A DNA stretch of 64,000 nucleotides, from assembly GCA_019239875.1 (NCBI GenBank), contig JAFAZI010000197.1:162-64161 (forward strand), in the 5' to 3' direction. Positions 52,358 through 62,068 of this stretch are shown piece by piece; the stretch's first letter is position 1, and every line of letters starts with the position of its first letter. The position numbers and the translations under genes are program-made. A model generated the notes under the pieces. That model was not told the origin of the DNA. It did not search any database and was given only the letters and a program-made list of their open reading frames with translations. The stretch comes from Frankiaceae bacterium. Its GTDB lineage: Bacteria > Actinomycetota > Actinomycetes > JAFAQI01.

Positions 52358-53266
52358 TCACGCGGTCCTCGGCCTCGTCGCCGATCGACTCGCGTGGCGG
52401 CGATTGTCGTTCCACGAGACGTCAGAGAGACCGAGCACGGCGAATGCCATCAGCACGATGAGCGGACCGGTGTTCGGATCGGTCGACTGGCCCGTGGTCA
52501 GGTCGCCGAGCCCTTGGACCAGCACCCAGGCTGCAACGCCGACGCCGATTCCGGTGTAGGCCGATGCGATGCGGGCCCGGCCGGGGATCGTCGCCCAGAG
52601 CGCGATGAGGACCTCGACGGCGATGATCGCCGCAACCACGAGGTCGGAGATGTGGTGCCGCGCGAGGGTGTTGTCGAGGTGCCGGATCCAGCCCATCGCC
52701 TCCATGCCGCCATCCTCGAAGGCCGCCGCCAGGGCGTCGCCCGAGTTGTTGCCGGCTGCCAGCTGCATCCCCGCACCCATCACCCACAGGGCGCACCAGG
52801 CTGGTAGGGCGAGCAGCGACGGCCGCACATCCGACGCCCCGGTGCGGTCGGGCCACGCCGTCACCGCCACCACGGCATACAGCAGCGCGGCTCCCGGCGC
52901 TCCGCTCAGCAGCGTCTCGCCGGTCGTGAGCCCGCCGATGCCCTCGCCCAGCCACCACACGAGCAGCCCCCACGCGACGGATCCGAGCAACGCGACGCGC
53001 ACGGTACGACGCCAGAGCAACGCCGTGCCGAGGGCGAGCTGGAATGCTGCAAAGCCGGCGTTCGTGAGCACCGGATGCGTGATGATGATGTCCGCGGCCC
53101 AGTGGGCGGGATGTGCAACCCACCACGGCGTGCCGGTGGCCGCCTCGCCGAGGATGACCTCGCGACCGAAGGACTTCGTGAACATGTACCGCTGACATTG
53201 CAGCGCGCCATCGACGATCCAGAGCGCGGCCAGGCCGAGCTGCAGGTGTCGACGGGTGACGTGCAT
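52358..53266 (-). CDS. Polytopic membrane protein with two DoxX-like repeats
   Basis: About 8 hydrophobic segments. Internal repeat (LWIVDGALQ...WWLGEGIGGL / LWVMGAGMQ...WVLVQGLGDL..TDPNTGP). Confidence 0.6.
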   Translation of the reverse strand: MHVTRRHLQLGLAALWIVDGALQCQRYMFTKSFGREVILGEAATGTPWWVAHPAHWAADIIITHPVLTNAGFAAFQLALGTALLWRRTVRVALLGSVAWGLLVWWLGEGIGGLTTGETLLSGAPGAALLYAVVAVTAWPDRTGASDVRPSLLALPAWCALWVMGAGMQLAAGNNSGDALAAAFEDGGMEAMGWIRHLDNTLARHHISDLVVAAIIAVEVLIALWATIPGRARIASAYTGIGVGVAAWVLVQGLGDLTTGQSTDPNTGPLIVLMAFAVLGLSDVSWNDNRRHASRSATRPRTA

Positions 53267-53304
53267 CGCGTCGATTGTCGTGCCCGTAGCCGTCCGTCGG
53301 CTAA

Positions 53305-54321
53305 CTACCCCTTGTGCGTGGAGCGGCCGCGGTCGCCGTACGGGTCATCACGTTCTGCCACCGCCTGCCGAAACCCGACCGTCGCCGCCCGCTGCTGGAA
53401 GGCATAGCCCTCGCGGGTGTGTCGGGCGACGCCGTCGAACACCGTGCTCACCATCATGCTGTTCGCGACCCCTTGGTTGAGCAGGACGCTGTTCATGGCG
53501 AGCTTCGCCATCATCAGCTGGTTGGTCGGCATCCGCGCGATGCGCTCGAGCAGGTTCTCGGTCCGTGCCTCGAGGTTCTCGGCCGCCGGCGCCTCGACCA
53601 CGAGGCCCCACTCGGCCGCCTCGGCGCCGGAGATCGTGTCGCCCGTGAACAGCAGTCGCTTCGCCCGCTGGTCACCGAGTCGGTGGGCCCACATGCCTGC
53701 GGCGGGGATGCCCCACACTCTGGTCGGCGGATACCCGATCTTCGTATCCGATGCAGCGATGATCTGGTCGGCGAACAGCGCGATGTCGGTCCCACCCGCA
53801 ACGCAGAACCCGTGCAGCTTCGCGACGGTTGGCTTGTTGGCATGCAGCAGGCAGGCGAAGCCGCGGTTGAACCGGCTCATCAGCGCGTAGTCCAGCATCG
53901 GGTCCCAGGTACGCCGCGGATCGTGGTTGCGGGCCTGGACGGCCGGGTCGAGCGCCGTGCCTCGCCGGTCGACCTTCACGTCCGACTCGTCCATGCCGTG
54001 CTCGGCGAAGACCGAGAGGTCGTAGCCGCCGCAGAATCCCTTGCCGCGCCCGGCGACGACCATCACGTGCACGCGAGGGTCAAGGTCGGCGCGCTCGACC
54101 GCGTCGGCGAGCTCGACGGGAGTGTCGAGGGTGATCGCGTTGCCCTGCTCAGGGCGGTTGAAGGTGATCCGCGCGATCCGGCCGTCGACCTCGTATGTCA
54201 GGGTCCGGTACTCGCGATCGTCAGGGGGCGCTGGTCGACCGTCGAAGGGGGCGCCGGGTCCCTCGGTCCAGCCGTCGTACCAACCAGCCGGCCGATCGCC
54301 GCCGTGGTCCTGCTCAGTCAT
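53305..54321 (-). CDS. Crotonase/enoyl-CoA hydratase family protein
   Basis: ITFNRPEQGNAI, FCGGYDL, HGFCVAGG, IGYPP. Confidence 0.88.
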   Translation of the reverse strand: MTEQDHGGDRPAGWYDGWTEGPGAPFDGRPAPPDDREYRTLTYEVDGRIARITFNRPEQGNAITLDTPVELADAVERADLDPRVHVMVVAGRGKGFCGGYDLSVFAEHGMDESDVKVDRRGTALDPAVQARNHDPRRTWDPMLDYALMSRFNRGFACLLHANKPTVAKLHGFCVAGGTDIALFADQIIAASDTKIGYPPTRVWGIPAAGMWAHRLGDQRAKRLLFTGDTISGAEAAEWGLVVEAPAAENLEARTENLLERIARMPTNQLMMAKLAMNSVLLNQGVANSMMVSTVFDGVARHTREGYAFQQRAATVGFRQAVAERDDPYGDRGRSTHKG

Positions 54322-54368
54322 CACCGCTCCTGTCCATGGGCTCGGAGTGGTTCTATCGCGTGGCGGTC

Positions 54369-55550
54369 TCAGCCGCAGGCGACCGGTCCGCCCTTGCTCG
54401 CGGGCACCAGCTTCTTCGGGATCGCCACGCGACTCCATTCCCCGTGCCGGAACCGCTCCGCGATCGAGTGGAACGGCGACTGGCAGCTGCCCTTCTTGGC
54501 GTAGTCCCCGCCGGCGAGCACGAGCTTTCTCGAGGCGGCGACGTCATTGAGCGCGGTGTACTTGGGCACCGAGATCGGGCGGACGGCGGTACCGGACTTG
54601 CCGTGCAGGACCGCGGCGATCGCCACGGCCTCGCCGACACCGACCAACGAGGTCCGGCCGACGGCGTAGGCATGTGATCCGGACGCGCCGATGCCCAAGA
54701 ACATGCCCGGTGTCGCGCCGTCGAGGTGCTTGAGCTTGATGGACTTCCACGTCGACCCGGCGAGCCGCAGCACGACCGGCGTCGCCGTGGTGCCGTTGCG
54801 GTAGCCGGCAACCCAGGTGTGGGTCGGGGTCGTCGCGACTGACTCGGCGACGACCTCGGTCGGCAGCCGGACCTCGGCCCACTTGGAGCCATTCCAGTGC
54901 TGAACGGTCGACGTGTTCCCCTGCTCGGCGATCCACGTGTTCTTGGGACCCGAGGTGGCGATGGACGCGGCGCCGAATTCGGCCGCTGATGACTGCGGCA
55001 GCTTCGTGTCTTTCCACTTGTGGCCGTTCCACCGGAACGCGACGTTCGGCGTGAAGTCCCCGGGTGACCCGACCAGCCACGCGTTGCGCTTGCTCGAGGC
55101 TGCGATGTCGATCAGCCGGCCGTGTGTGAACCCAGGCACCGGCATCCGACGGAAGACGCCGGACTTCCAACGAGCGAGTAGCGGGTGGTACGTCGTCGTT
55201 GTCGTGTCGTACGTGTCGCCGGCGACCCACGCTGTCGTGGCGGTCGCGCCCGCGATGCCGTTGAGATAGACGCCGGTCTTCGGGACGCCTGTGATGCGTT
55301 CCTTGGACCAGGTGCCGTGGTGGTAGCGCCGGATGACGTCGCCGACGCTCGAGCTGCCGGGCCGGTAGTTGAAGGCCAGGGCCCACGCATCCGTCGACTT
55401 CGGCGTGACCGACAGCTGGTAGATCTCGGAGTTCAGGCCGCGGCCGGCTTTGTCCGGTCCGGCAGCCGCGTGGCCGGTGGGTTCAATCGACAACGCCGTT
55501 AGTGGGAGCGCGAGGAGCAGCGACACCGTGGCGGTTCGCAGTCGCGCCAT
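54369..55550 (-). CDS. Secreted beta-propeller-like repeat protein
   Basis: Signal peptide and repeated AWxxG...HWNGxKW blades. Confidence 0.65.
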   Translation of the reverse strand: MARLRTATVSLLLALPLTALSIEPTGHAAAGPDKAGRGLNSEIYQLSVTPKSTDAWALAFNYRPGSSSVGDVIRRYHHGTWSKERITGVPKTGVYLNGIAGATATTAWVAGDTYDTTTTTYHPLLARWKSGVFRRMPVPGFTHGRLIDIAASSKRNAWLVGSPGDFTPNVAFRWNGHKWKDTKLPQSSAAEFGAASIATSGPKNTWIAEQGNTSTVQHWNGSKWAEVRLPTEVVAESVATTPTHTWVAGYRNGTTATPVVLRLAGSTWKSIKLKHLDGATPGMFLGIGASGSHAYAVGRTSLVGVGEAVAIAAVLHGKSGTAVRPISVPKYTALNDVAASRKLVLAGGDYAKKGSCQSPFHSIAERFRHGEWSRVAIPKKLVPASKGGPVACG

Positions 55551-55554
55551 GGCG

Positions 55555-56013
55555 TCAGTAGACCACTTCGAAGCGATCGATGAACTCGGCCTGCGCGGCG
55601 ATGAGCTTCCGCCTCGCGGTCGCGAGATCCACCCACGCCGCCCGGTCGATCTCGGGGAACTCCTGCAGCCGCCCCCACCCTCGTGGCCACTCGATCTCGA
55701 AGGTGTTGCTCACGACTGCGCCGGCGTCCAGGTCGCCCTCGAGTGCCCACGCAGTGACCACCTTGCCGTTCGATTGCGTGATCTCGCCGAGGCTGATCGG
55801 GTCGCCCTCGGGAGGCGGCTGCCCGAGCTCTTCCGCGAACTCGCGCCGCGCGCAGGCGAGCGGTTCCTCGCTGTCGTCGTACTCGCCTTTGGGGATCGAC
55901 CAGGCGCGGTCGTCCTTGCGTGCCCAGAACGGGCCACCCATGTGGGCGATCAGCACCTCAGGGCCGGACTCGGTACGGCGAAACACCAGTAGTCCCGCAC
56001 TCCGCCGCGTCAC
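55555..56013 (-). CDS. NUDIX hydrolase
   Basis: HMGGPFW, WSIPKGE...ARREFAEELG Nudix box. Confidence 0.88.
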   Translation of the reverse strand: MTRRSAGLLVFRRTESGPEVLIAHMGGPFWARKDDRAWSIPKGEYDDSEEPLACARREFAEELGQPPPEGDPISLGEITQSNGKVVTAWALEGDLDAGAVVSNTFEIEWPRGWGRLQEFPEIDRAAWVDLATARRKLIAAQAEFIDRFEVVY

Positions 56014-56046
56014 ACGCCCATTCTCCGGGCGCTCGTGAAGCGGCGG

Positions 56047-57147
56047 TCAACCCAGGGGCAGGGTGAACCGGAAGCTGGAGCCGCCATCGATGCGGGGCTC
56101 GTACCAGGCTGCTCCACCTTGTGCCGTAGCCAGCTCGCGGACGACGTAGAGACCGAGTCCAGTTCCGGAGGCGCGTGATCCCGTCGCACGTGCGTACTGC
56201 TCGAACAGCTGCGGCCTGAAGGAGTCGGGTACTCCCGGCCCGCGGTCGTCGACCCGCACGAGTGCGCGGCCCTCAGCGACCGATGCCGTGATCGACACCG
56301 GCGCCGCGCCGTACTTCATCGCGTTGGACACGAGGTTCGTCAGCATCTGCTGTACCCGCACCGGGTCCGCCACGACCTGGAGCTCGCCGGGGGCGTCGAC
56401 CGTGATGTCTGTCTGGTCTGCGACCGCGCGAGCGGCCGCTCGCAGAGCGGGGGTGAGGTCCATCGGCTCCGGCTGCGCGGAGAGGCCGCCGCGCTGTGCC
56501 TGGGCGGACGTGAGGAGATCCGCCGTGACCCTGTCGAGCACGCGGGTCTGCCGGACGATCGCGTCCAGCAGCTCGTCCATCCGGGCGGCGTCGAGCTTGT
56601 CGCGCCGCTGCATCAAGGTCTGCGACAGGCCGATCAGCACGGTCGACGGTGTACGCAGCTCATGTGCGGCCGTCGCCACGGCAGCTCGAAGCGCCTCGAT
56701 CTCCTCGTGCTCACCGGCCTGCTGATGCGGGATCCGTGGGGCGGCGACGGCGGGGGGCGCACCGATGCCGAGGATGTCATCGAGCATCGCCACGACGTCG
56801 TCGGGCTGAGTGCCCTTCTGGAGGTAGCCGTCTGCCCCTCGGCTGACCGCCTGCTCGGCCATCCGGTCCGCCTCGAAGCCGGACAGCACGACGACCTTGG
56901 TCGTCGGCGCCGCGCTTCGGATCCCTGGCAGCGCTTCGAGCCCGTCCATCACCGGCATCGCCAGGTCGAGCAGGACCAGGTCGGGCTGCCACTCACTCAC
57001 GACCTTGATGCCCGCCGCGCCATCGCCTGCCTCGCCGACCACCGTGTAGCGGTCGGAGAGCTCCAGCACCATGCGCAACAACAGGCGGAGGTCGGGGGTG
57101 TCGTCGATGACGACGACCGTCGCCAACCGGGAGGAGACGGTGATCAT
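56047..57147 (-). CDS. Soluble hybrid REC-histidine kinase
   Basis: REC (VIDD, LLDLAMP), AHELRTP, NLVSNAMKY, DRGPG, GTGLGL. Confidence 0.9.
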   Translation of the reverse strand: MITVSSRLATVVVIDDTPDLRLLLRMVLELSDRYTVVGEAGDGAAGIKVVSEWQPDLVLLDLAMPVMDGLEALPGIRSAAPTTKVVVLSGFEADRMAEQAVSRGADGYLQKGTQPDDVVAMLDDILGIGAPPAVAAPRIPHQQAGEHEEIEALRAAVATAAHELRTPSTVLIGLSQTLMQRRDKLDAARMDELLDAIVRQTRVLDRVTADLLTSAQAQRGGLSAQPEPMDLTPALRAAARAVADQTDITVDAPGELQVVADPVRVQQMLTNLVSNAMKYGAAPVSITASVAEGRALVRVDDRGPGVPDSFRPQLFEQYARATGSRASGTGLGLYVVRELATAQGGAAWYEPRIDGGSSFRFTLPLG

Positions 57148-57728
57148 GTAGCGGCCTCGTCCAGCGCAGCCGGTTTCGAGCGCAGCATGCCGGTCCCCAA
57201 TCGCTCCGGGTGCGTCCCCAGCAGGTCAGTGATCATGTGGCTGGCGGATCCGATGGCTGTCTCGAGTGCCGCTGTCGCCTTCGCTCGATCGTCGAGGTCG
57301 AGCGCCAGCTTCGCGACGACCAGACCCTGTAGCACGTTGTCGTTGAGCTCCAACGCCTGCGCCTCTCGCTGTCGCATGTCTTCGAAGAGCTGCGCGCCGC
57401 GCATGAGGGGCCCGTAGGTCCGCCGCAACGTCCAGTAGTAGATGCCGACCGCCGCGCTGATGACGTCCCACGTGGCCATCTGCCAGTCGTACGACGCACG
57501 CATCGCCAGCCCCTGTGGCTTCTCGACGCCGAGGCCCGGCAGCAGCATGTGCACGGTGTGCCCGCCGTGATGCACGGCGCAGGTGAAGAAGATCGCAGCC
57601 GTCGCGGCGCCCAGTGCGTTGGTCCGGAGCTGACGGCTCTCGATGAGCGGCTTGACGATCGCGTACGCGATCGCGAGATACGCGAGCGCGACGAGGGCGT
57701 TCGCGACGAGTCCGATGTGCCACCACAT
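57144..57728 (-). CDS. Three-TM ethylene-receptor-like sensor fused to a degenerate HisKA_3 helix
   Basis: NALVALAYLAI ... IFFTCAVHH; C-terminal ALELNDNVLQGL. ATGA coupling to the downstream gene and TGATG coupling to the upstream gene. Confidence 0.65.
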   Translation of the reverse strand: MWWHIGLVANALVALAYLAIAYAIVKPLIESRQLRTNALGAATAAIFFTCAVHHGGHTVHMLLPGLGVEKPQGLAMRASYDWQMATWDVISAAVGIYYWTLRRTYGPLMRGAQLFEDMRQREAQALELNDNVLQGLVVAKLALDLDDRAKATAALETAIGSASHMITDLLGTHPERLGTGMLRSKPAALDEAAT

Positions 57729-58393
57729 CAGGCGCTCCTTCCGCTGAGTCCGATAGTCAGGCGCTCCACGACACCGGTGCAGCGGAGCAGGCCGACCACG
57801 GTTGCGACTTCCGCGATGCTGGCGAGGAGATCGGGCGCACCGACGGGCTCGACCTCGGCGAGACCGAACGGCAGGCCGACGGTGCGCGTGACGACCCAGA
57901 GCGTCACGGTTGTGAGGCTGGTGAGGATCCCCGCTGCGAACAGCCCGCTGCTCGGTCGTCGTACGGCGAGCACGGACCACACGACCTGCCAGGTGGACAG
58001 TGCGAGGAAAAAGATCCCGAAGCGAAACGCCTCATGAAAATGGGCCGGGCAGACGGCGGCATGCACGCCAGCGGCGGCGAGGCTCCCCATGATCGCGACG
58101 ACGAGCGCCGGCCGCGCGCGGTCGGTGACGTGGTGTCGATGATCGTGTCCGGCGGCTCGGAGCTCCGCGAGCCGCACCAGGTTGCCGGTAGCGGCCGCGA
58201 ACCTCAGCTCGGCGAGTGCAGCGCGGCGGCGGCGCATCGCCAGCGGCGAGAGCATGGCAAGGACGGTCGCTGCACCACCGATGACCAGCCCGGCATGTGC
58301 AACGTGCACGACGGCCGTCACCGACGAAGCTGCCGCAGCCAAGCTCGCAGGATCGGTGCCCACCAACTCACTGTGCCTGACAATTGCCGGCAT
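57728..58393 (-). CDS. His-rich integral membrane protein
   Basis: HVAH, GHDHRHH, GVHAAVCPAHFHE, WVVTRTVGLPFG..EPVG. Start uncertain. Confidence 0.6.
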   Translation of the reverse strand: MPAIVRHSELVGTDPASLAAAASSVTAVVHVAHAGLVIGGAATVLAMLSPLAMRRRRAALAELRFAAATGNLVRLAELRAAGHDHRHHVTDRARPALVVAIMGSLAAAGVHAAVCPAHFHEAFRFGIFFLALSTWQVVWSVLAVRRPSSGLFAAGILTSLTTVTLWVVTRTVGLPFGLAEVEPVGAPDLLASIAEVATVVGLLRCTGVVERLTIGLSGRSA

Positions 58394-58526
58394 CGGATGG
58401 CGATCGTCGAAGTAACCCGAATGGCGGAGGCGGAAGGCCCGGGTATGCCCAACTATGGCCGACGGTTCGCAACCCGCCTGTTGCAAAGGCGGTCTCGCCG
58501 TCATGATGGGTCGCGGGAGGTTGTCG

Positions 58527-60287
58527 ATGCTCGACATGCGAATTGCCGGTGGCACGATCGTCGACGGGACCGGCGGGGAGCCGTTCGTCGGTGACGTGAT
58601 GGTCAAGGACGGATCGATCGTCGAGGTCCGTCGTACCGATGGCGCGTCGAACGGCACGCCCGAGGCGGCGGAGACGATCGACGCGACCGGGCGGCTCGTG
58701 ACGCCCGGCTTCGTCGACATCCATACGCACTACGACGGGCAGGTCAGCTGGGACCCGCTGCTCGAGCCCTCGAGCGGCAACGGCGTCACCACGGTCGTGT
58801 CCGGCAACTGTGGCGTCGGCTTCGCGCCGGTGCGTCCTGGCACCGAGGACTGGTTGATCTCGTTGATGGAGGGCGTCGAGGACATCCCGGGTACGGCGCT
58901 GACGGAAGGCATCACGTGGGGATGGGAGACCTTCCCTGAGTACCTCGACGTGATCGGCAAGCGCGAGCTCTCGGTCGACTTCGGCGTCCAGGTGCCGCAC
59001 GGCTCCGTGCGCGCGTACGCCATGGGCACGCGCGGCGCGAAGAACGAGCCGGCGAGCCCGGAGGACATCGCCGCGATGGCTGTCATCGTGCGCGAGGCGA
59101 TGGCGGCGGGAGCCCTCGGGTTCTCGACGTCGCGCACCATCGCCCACAAGGCGATGGATGGCGAGCCGGTGCCCGGCACGTATGCCGCGGAGGACGAGCT
59201 GTTCGCTCTCGGTCGCGCGATGGCGGCGGGCGGCGGCGGGCGGGGCATCTTCGAACTGGCGCCGGCGGGTGGCACGGGCGACGACCTCCTCGCGCCGATG
59301 CGCGAGCTCGACTGGATGCAGCGGCTGTCGAAGGAGATCGACCGGCCGGTGTCGTTCGCGCTGGTGCAGGTGCATTCCGCACCGGATGAGTGGCGCGAGC
59401 TGATGGACCTGTCCGCCGCGGCCTACGAGGCGGGGTCGCAGCTCTACCCGCAGGTGGCGGCGCGGCCGTTCGGCATGTTGATCGGCTTCCCGGGTCACAA
59501 CCCGTTCAGTCACCGGCCCACCTTCCGGCGAATCTGCGAGCTGCCGCTCGAGGAGCGCGGCGCGGAGCTGTCGAAGCCGGCGATCAAGGCCGCGATCCTC
59601 TCGGAGGATGACCTGCCGGTCGACCCCTCCAAGCAGTTCGACGCGATGCATCTCGGGCTGCAGGCGGCGTGCGACCAGATCTACTCGATGGGTCAGCCAC
59701 TGGACTACGAGCCGACGCCCGACCAGACGGTTGCTGCCCTGGCCGAGGCGGCGGGGATGAGCGGCCTCGAAATGTTCTACGACCTGATGCTCGCCGAGAA
59801 CGCGCAGGCGCTGTTGCTGTTGCCGTTCTTCAACTACGTCGGCGGCGACCACGAGGTGATCCGCGAGATGCTGCTGCACCCGGCAGGTGTCTCCGGGCTG
59901 TCCGACGGTGGCGCGCACTGCGGGATGATCTGCGACGCGTCGTACCCGACGTACCTGCTCACCCATTGGGCGCGCGACCGGGTCCGCGGCGAGAAGCTGC
60001 CGCTGCAGTACGTCGTCAAGAAGCAGACCGCCGACACTGCGCACCTGTTCGGGCTGACCGATCGTGGCGTGATCGCCGCGGGCAAGAAGGCCGACCTGAA
60101 CGTCATCGACTTCGATGCGCTGCAGCTCCAGACGCCGCGGATGGCGCATGACCTACCGGCGGGTGGTCGCCGGCTGGTGCAGGGGGCGACCGGCTACACG
60201 GAGACGATCGTGTCCGGCCTGGTCACGCGCCGCAACGGGGTCGACACCGGCGCCCGCCCCGGCCGCCTGGTCCGCGGCCCCCGCTGA
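58527..60287 (+). CDS. N-acyl-D-amino acid deacylase-family amidohydrolase
   Basis: PGFVDIHTHYD, GVTTVVSGNCG, SDGGAH, DRG....GKKAD. Confidence 0.9.
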   Translation: MLDMRIAGGTIVDGTGGEPFVGDVMVKDGSIVEVRRTDGASNGTPEAAETIDATGRLVTPGFVDIHTHYDGQVSWDPLLEPSSGNGVTTVVSGNCGVGFAPVRPGTEDWLISLMEGVEDIPGTALTEGITWGWETFPEYLDVIGKRELSVDFGVQVPHGSVRAYAMGTRGAKNEPASPEDIAAMAVIVREAMAAGALGFSTSRTIAHKAMDGEPVPGTYAAEDELFALGRAMAAGGGGRGIFELAPAGGTGDDLLAPMRELDWMQRLSKEIDRPVSFALVQVHSAPDEWRELMDLSAAAYEAGSQLYPQVAARPFGMLIGFPGHNPFSHRPTFRRICELPLEERGAELSKPAIKAAILSEDDLPVDPSKQFDAMHLGLQAACDQIYSMGQPLDYEPTPDQTVAALAEAAGMSGLEMFYDLMLAENAQALLLLPFFNYVGGDHEVIREMLLHPAGVSGLSDGGAHCGMICDASYPTYLLTHWARDRVRGEKLPLQYVVKKQTADTAHLFGLTDRGVIAAGKKADLNVIDFDALQLQTPRMAHDLPAGGRRLVQGATGYTETIVSGLVTRRNGVDTGARPGRLVRGPR

Positions 60288-60324
60288 CCGTCCGCAGCGG
60301 TGGGCGCCCGCCGCCCTCTCTTTA

Positions 60325-60390
60325 TCGTCCAACCGTCTCGAATCGTTGGTTTCGGGGCTCCAAAAGCAACGATTCGAGACGGTTGGGCGT
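60325..60390. repeat. 66-bp REP-like palindrome, family A copy 4
   Basis: TCGTCCAACCGTCTCGAATCGTTGGTT-N12-AAGCAACGATTCGAGACGGTTGGGCG between convergent genes. Confidence 0.9.
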
Positions 60391-60453
60391 TACTTGAGGA
60401 TGGTGGGACGGCAGTGCGGTGCGGTAGGGACCTTGGTGGGGCGGGTACGGCGG

Positions 60454-62013
60454 TCAGCGCGCGTCGTCGAGAGCCTCGTAGCCGGCGTTGTAGCCGGGGA
60501 CGAACGTGATGCCCGGCCCGCCGGAACATCCGGCGCCGCCGAGGTAGAGGCCCTTGATCGGCACCGGCAGGTCGCGCCAGCCGCGAGGTCCTGGTCGGTT
60601 GGCGCCCATCAGCTCCGGGTGGATCAGACCATGGCAGAAGTCGCCTTCGGGGCAGGCGAACATCGACTCCATGTGGTAGCTGGCGAAGGTCGTGTGCTTG
60701 GTGATCAGGTCGCGGAAGTTCGGCGCGAGCTTGCTCACCTTGTTGATGATCCGCTCGCCCATCTGCGTCTTCAGCCGGCCGTGGATCGTGCGGTCGTTCT
60801 CGACGGGGAAGTACATGGCGTAGACGCTCGCGGCGTGCTTGCCTGGCGGCGCCATGTCCGGGTCGAACACGGTCGGGATCTGCAGGCTCATCGACGGGTC
60901 CTCGGGGACGACGCCGCGACGGCAGTTCTCGAAGTCGAGCTGCATGTCCTCGGGTGAGCCGAAGTAGCCCACCGACGCCTGCATCCCCGGCTCGTTGAGG
61001 ACTTCGTACGGCGCGTCGTACTCCGGCAGCCCGTCGAGTGCAAAGTGCATCTGCAGGTACGCCGCACGGTGGTCGACGCTGGACACGCGAGCGATCAGGT
61101 CGTCGGGCAACGACGCGGGGTCCAGCAGCTTGGTGAACGTCACTCCGGGATCGAGGTTCGAGATGACGATCGGCGCCGTGATCCGGTCACCGTCCTTCAG
61201 CTCCACTCCGGTGACCCTGCCGTCATCGGTGAGGATCCGGGCGACCGGGGTCTTGAGCCGGACCTCGCCGCCGAAGGACTCGAACTGGCTGCGCAGGTAG
61301 TCGCTGATCGCCCCGATGCCGCCCTTCAGCTTGCGGATCATGTCGACCCCGGGCGGGGTCGCGAGCGCGTAGGCGAGACACGTGGCGCTGCCTGGCGTGT
61401 ACGGCCCGCGGTACGTCGAGTTGATCGCGAGGAAGGCCAGCATGCCCCGCACCACGCGGTGCTTGTCCTTGTCCGGCAGGTAACGGTTGAGCACCTCGGC
61501 GACCGGCGAGAACAGCATCTCCTGGATGGCCTGCCGCTCGGCTTCGTTCGTCGCACAGGCGAACATCTCGTCAACCGTGTGTGGCTCGGTCCGCACCTCG
61601 AACCGGGACAGCGCGCGCGACGGAGCGGCCGCCCACGCCGTGAGGTTCGCCATGCCGAGCAGCGCGTCCACGCCGGCACCGTCGGCCAGGTGCGTCATCA
61701 GCTTCTCGACGTCGCGGTAGAAGACCATCGGCGCATCGCCGGGCCCGCCAAGGGTGACGGAGTTGACCTCCGTCTCCACCGTCGGGACCTGATCCAGACC
61801 GAGGTCCGCAACGATCGCGGGCGCCGGCGGGAAGAGGATCGACCCCGCGATCTCGAAGTGGTACCCATCCCACAGCTCGACGGTCGACGCCATGCCGCCG
61901 GTGTACTTGTTCTTCTCGACTACCAGGGTGCGCAGACCGCCGCGGGCGAGGATCGTCGCGGCGGTCAGCCCGTTGTGCCCCGCCCCGATGACGATCGCGT
62001 CGTAGTCAGTCAT
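60454..62013 (-). CDS. Phytoene desaturase-family FAD-dependent oxidoreductase
   Basis: GAGHNGL, APPGKH, GLYLGGAGCSGGPG...PGYNA. Confidence 0.85.
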   Translation of the reverse strand: MTDYDAIVIGAGHNGLTAATILARGGLRTLVVEKNKYTGGMASTVELWDGYHFEIAGSILFPPAPAIVADLGLDQVPTVETEVNSVTLGGPGDAPMVFYRDVEKLMTHLADGAGVDALLGMANLTAWAAAPSRALSRFEVRTEPHTVDEMFACATNEAERQAIQEMLFSPVAEVLNRYLPDKDKHRVVRGMLAFLAINSTYRGPYTPGSATCLAYALATPPGVDMIRKLKGGIGAISDYLRSQFESFGGEVRLKTPVARILTDDGRVTGVELKDGDRITAPIVISNLDPGVTFTKLLDPASLPDDLIARVSSVDHRAAYLQMHFALDGLPEYDAPYEVLNEPGMQASVGYFGSPEDMQLDFENCRRGVVPEDPSMSLQIPTVFDPDMAPPGKHAASVYAMYFPVENDRTIHGRLKTQMGERIINKVSKLAPNFRDLITKHTTFASYHMESMFACPEGDFCHGLIHPELMGANRPGPRGWRDLPVPIKGLYLGGAGCSGGPGITFVPGYNAGYEALDDAR

Positions 62014-62068
62014 CGCCCCTCCATGATCGACTTCACACCGATCATGTCAGGCGCGGCCACGCAGTCGA

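Noticed and set aside
37705-58431. tRNA-anchored genomic island (TGGCGGAGGC recurs near 58422)
   Set aside because: Only a 10-bp GC-rich match, with no integrase and no obvious compositional shift; ppc lies inside the interval.
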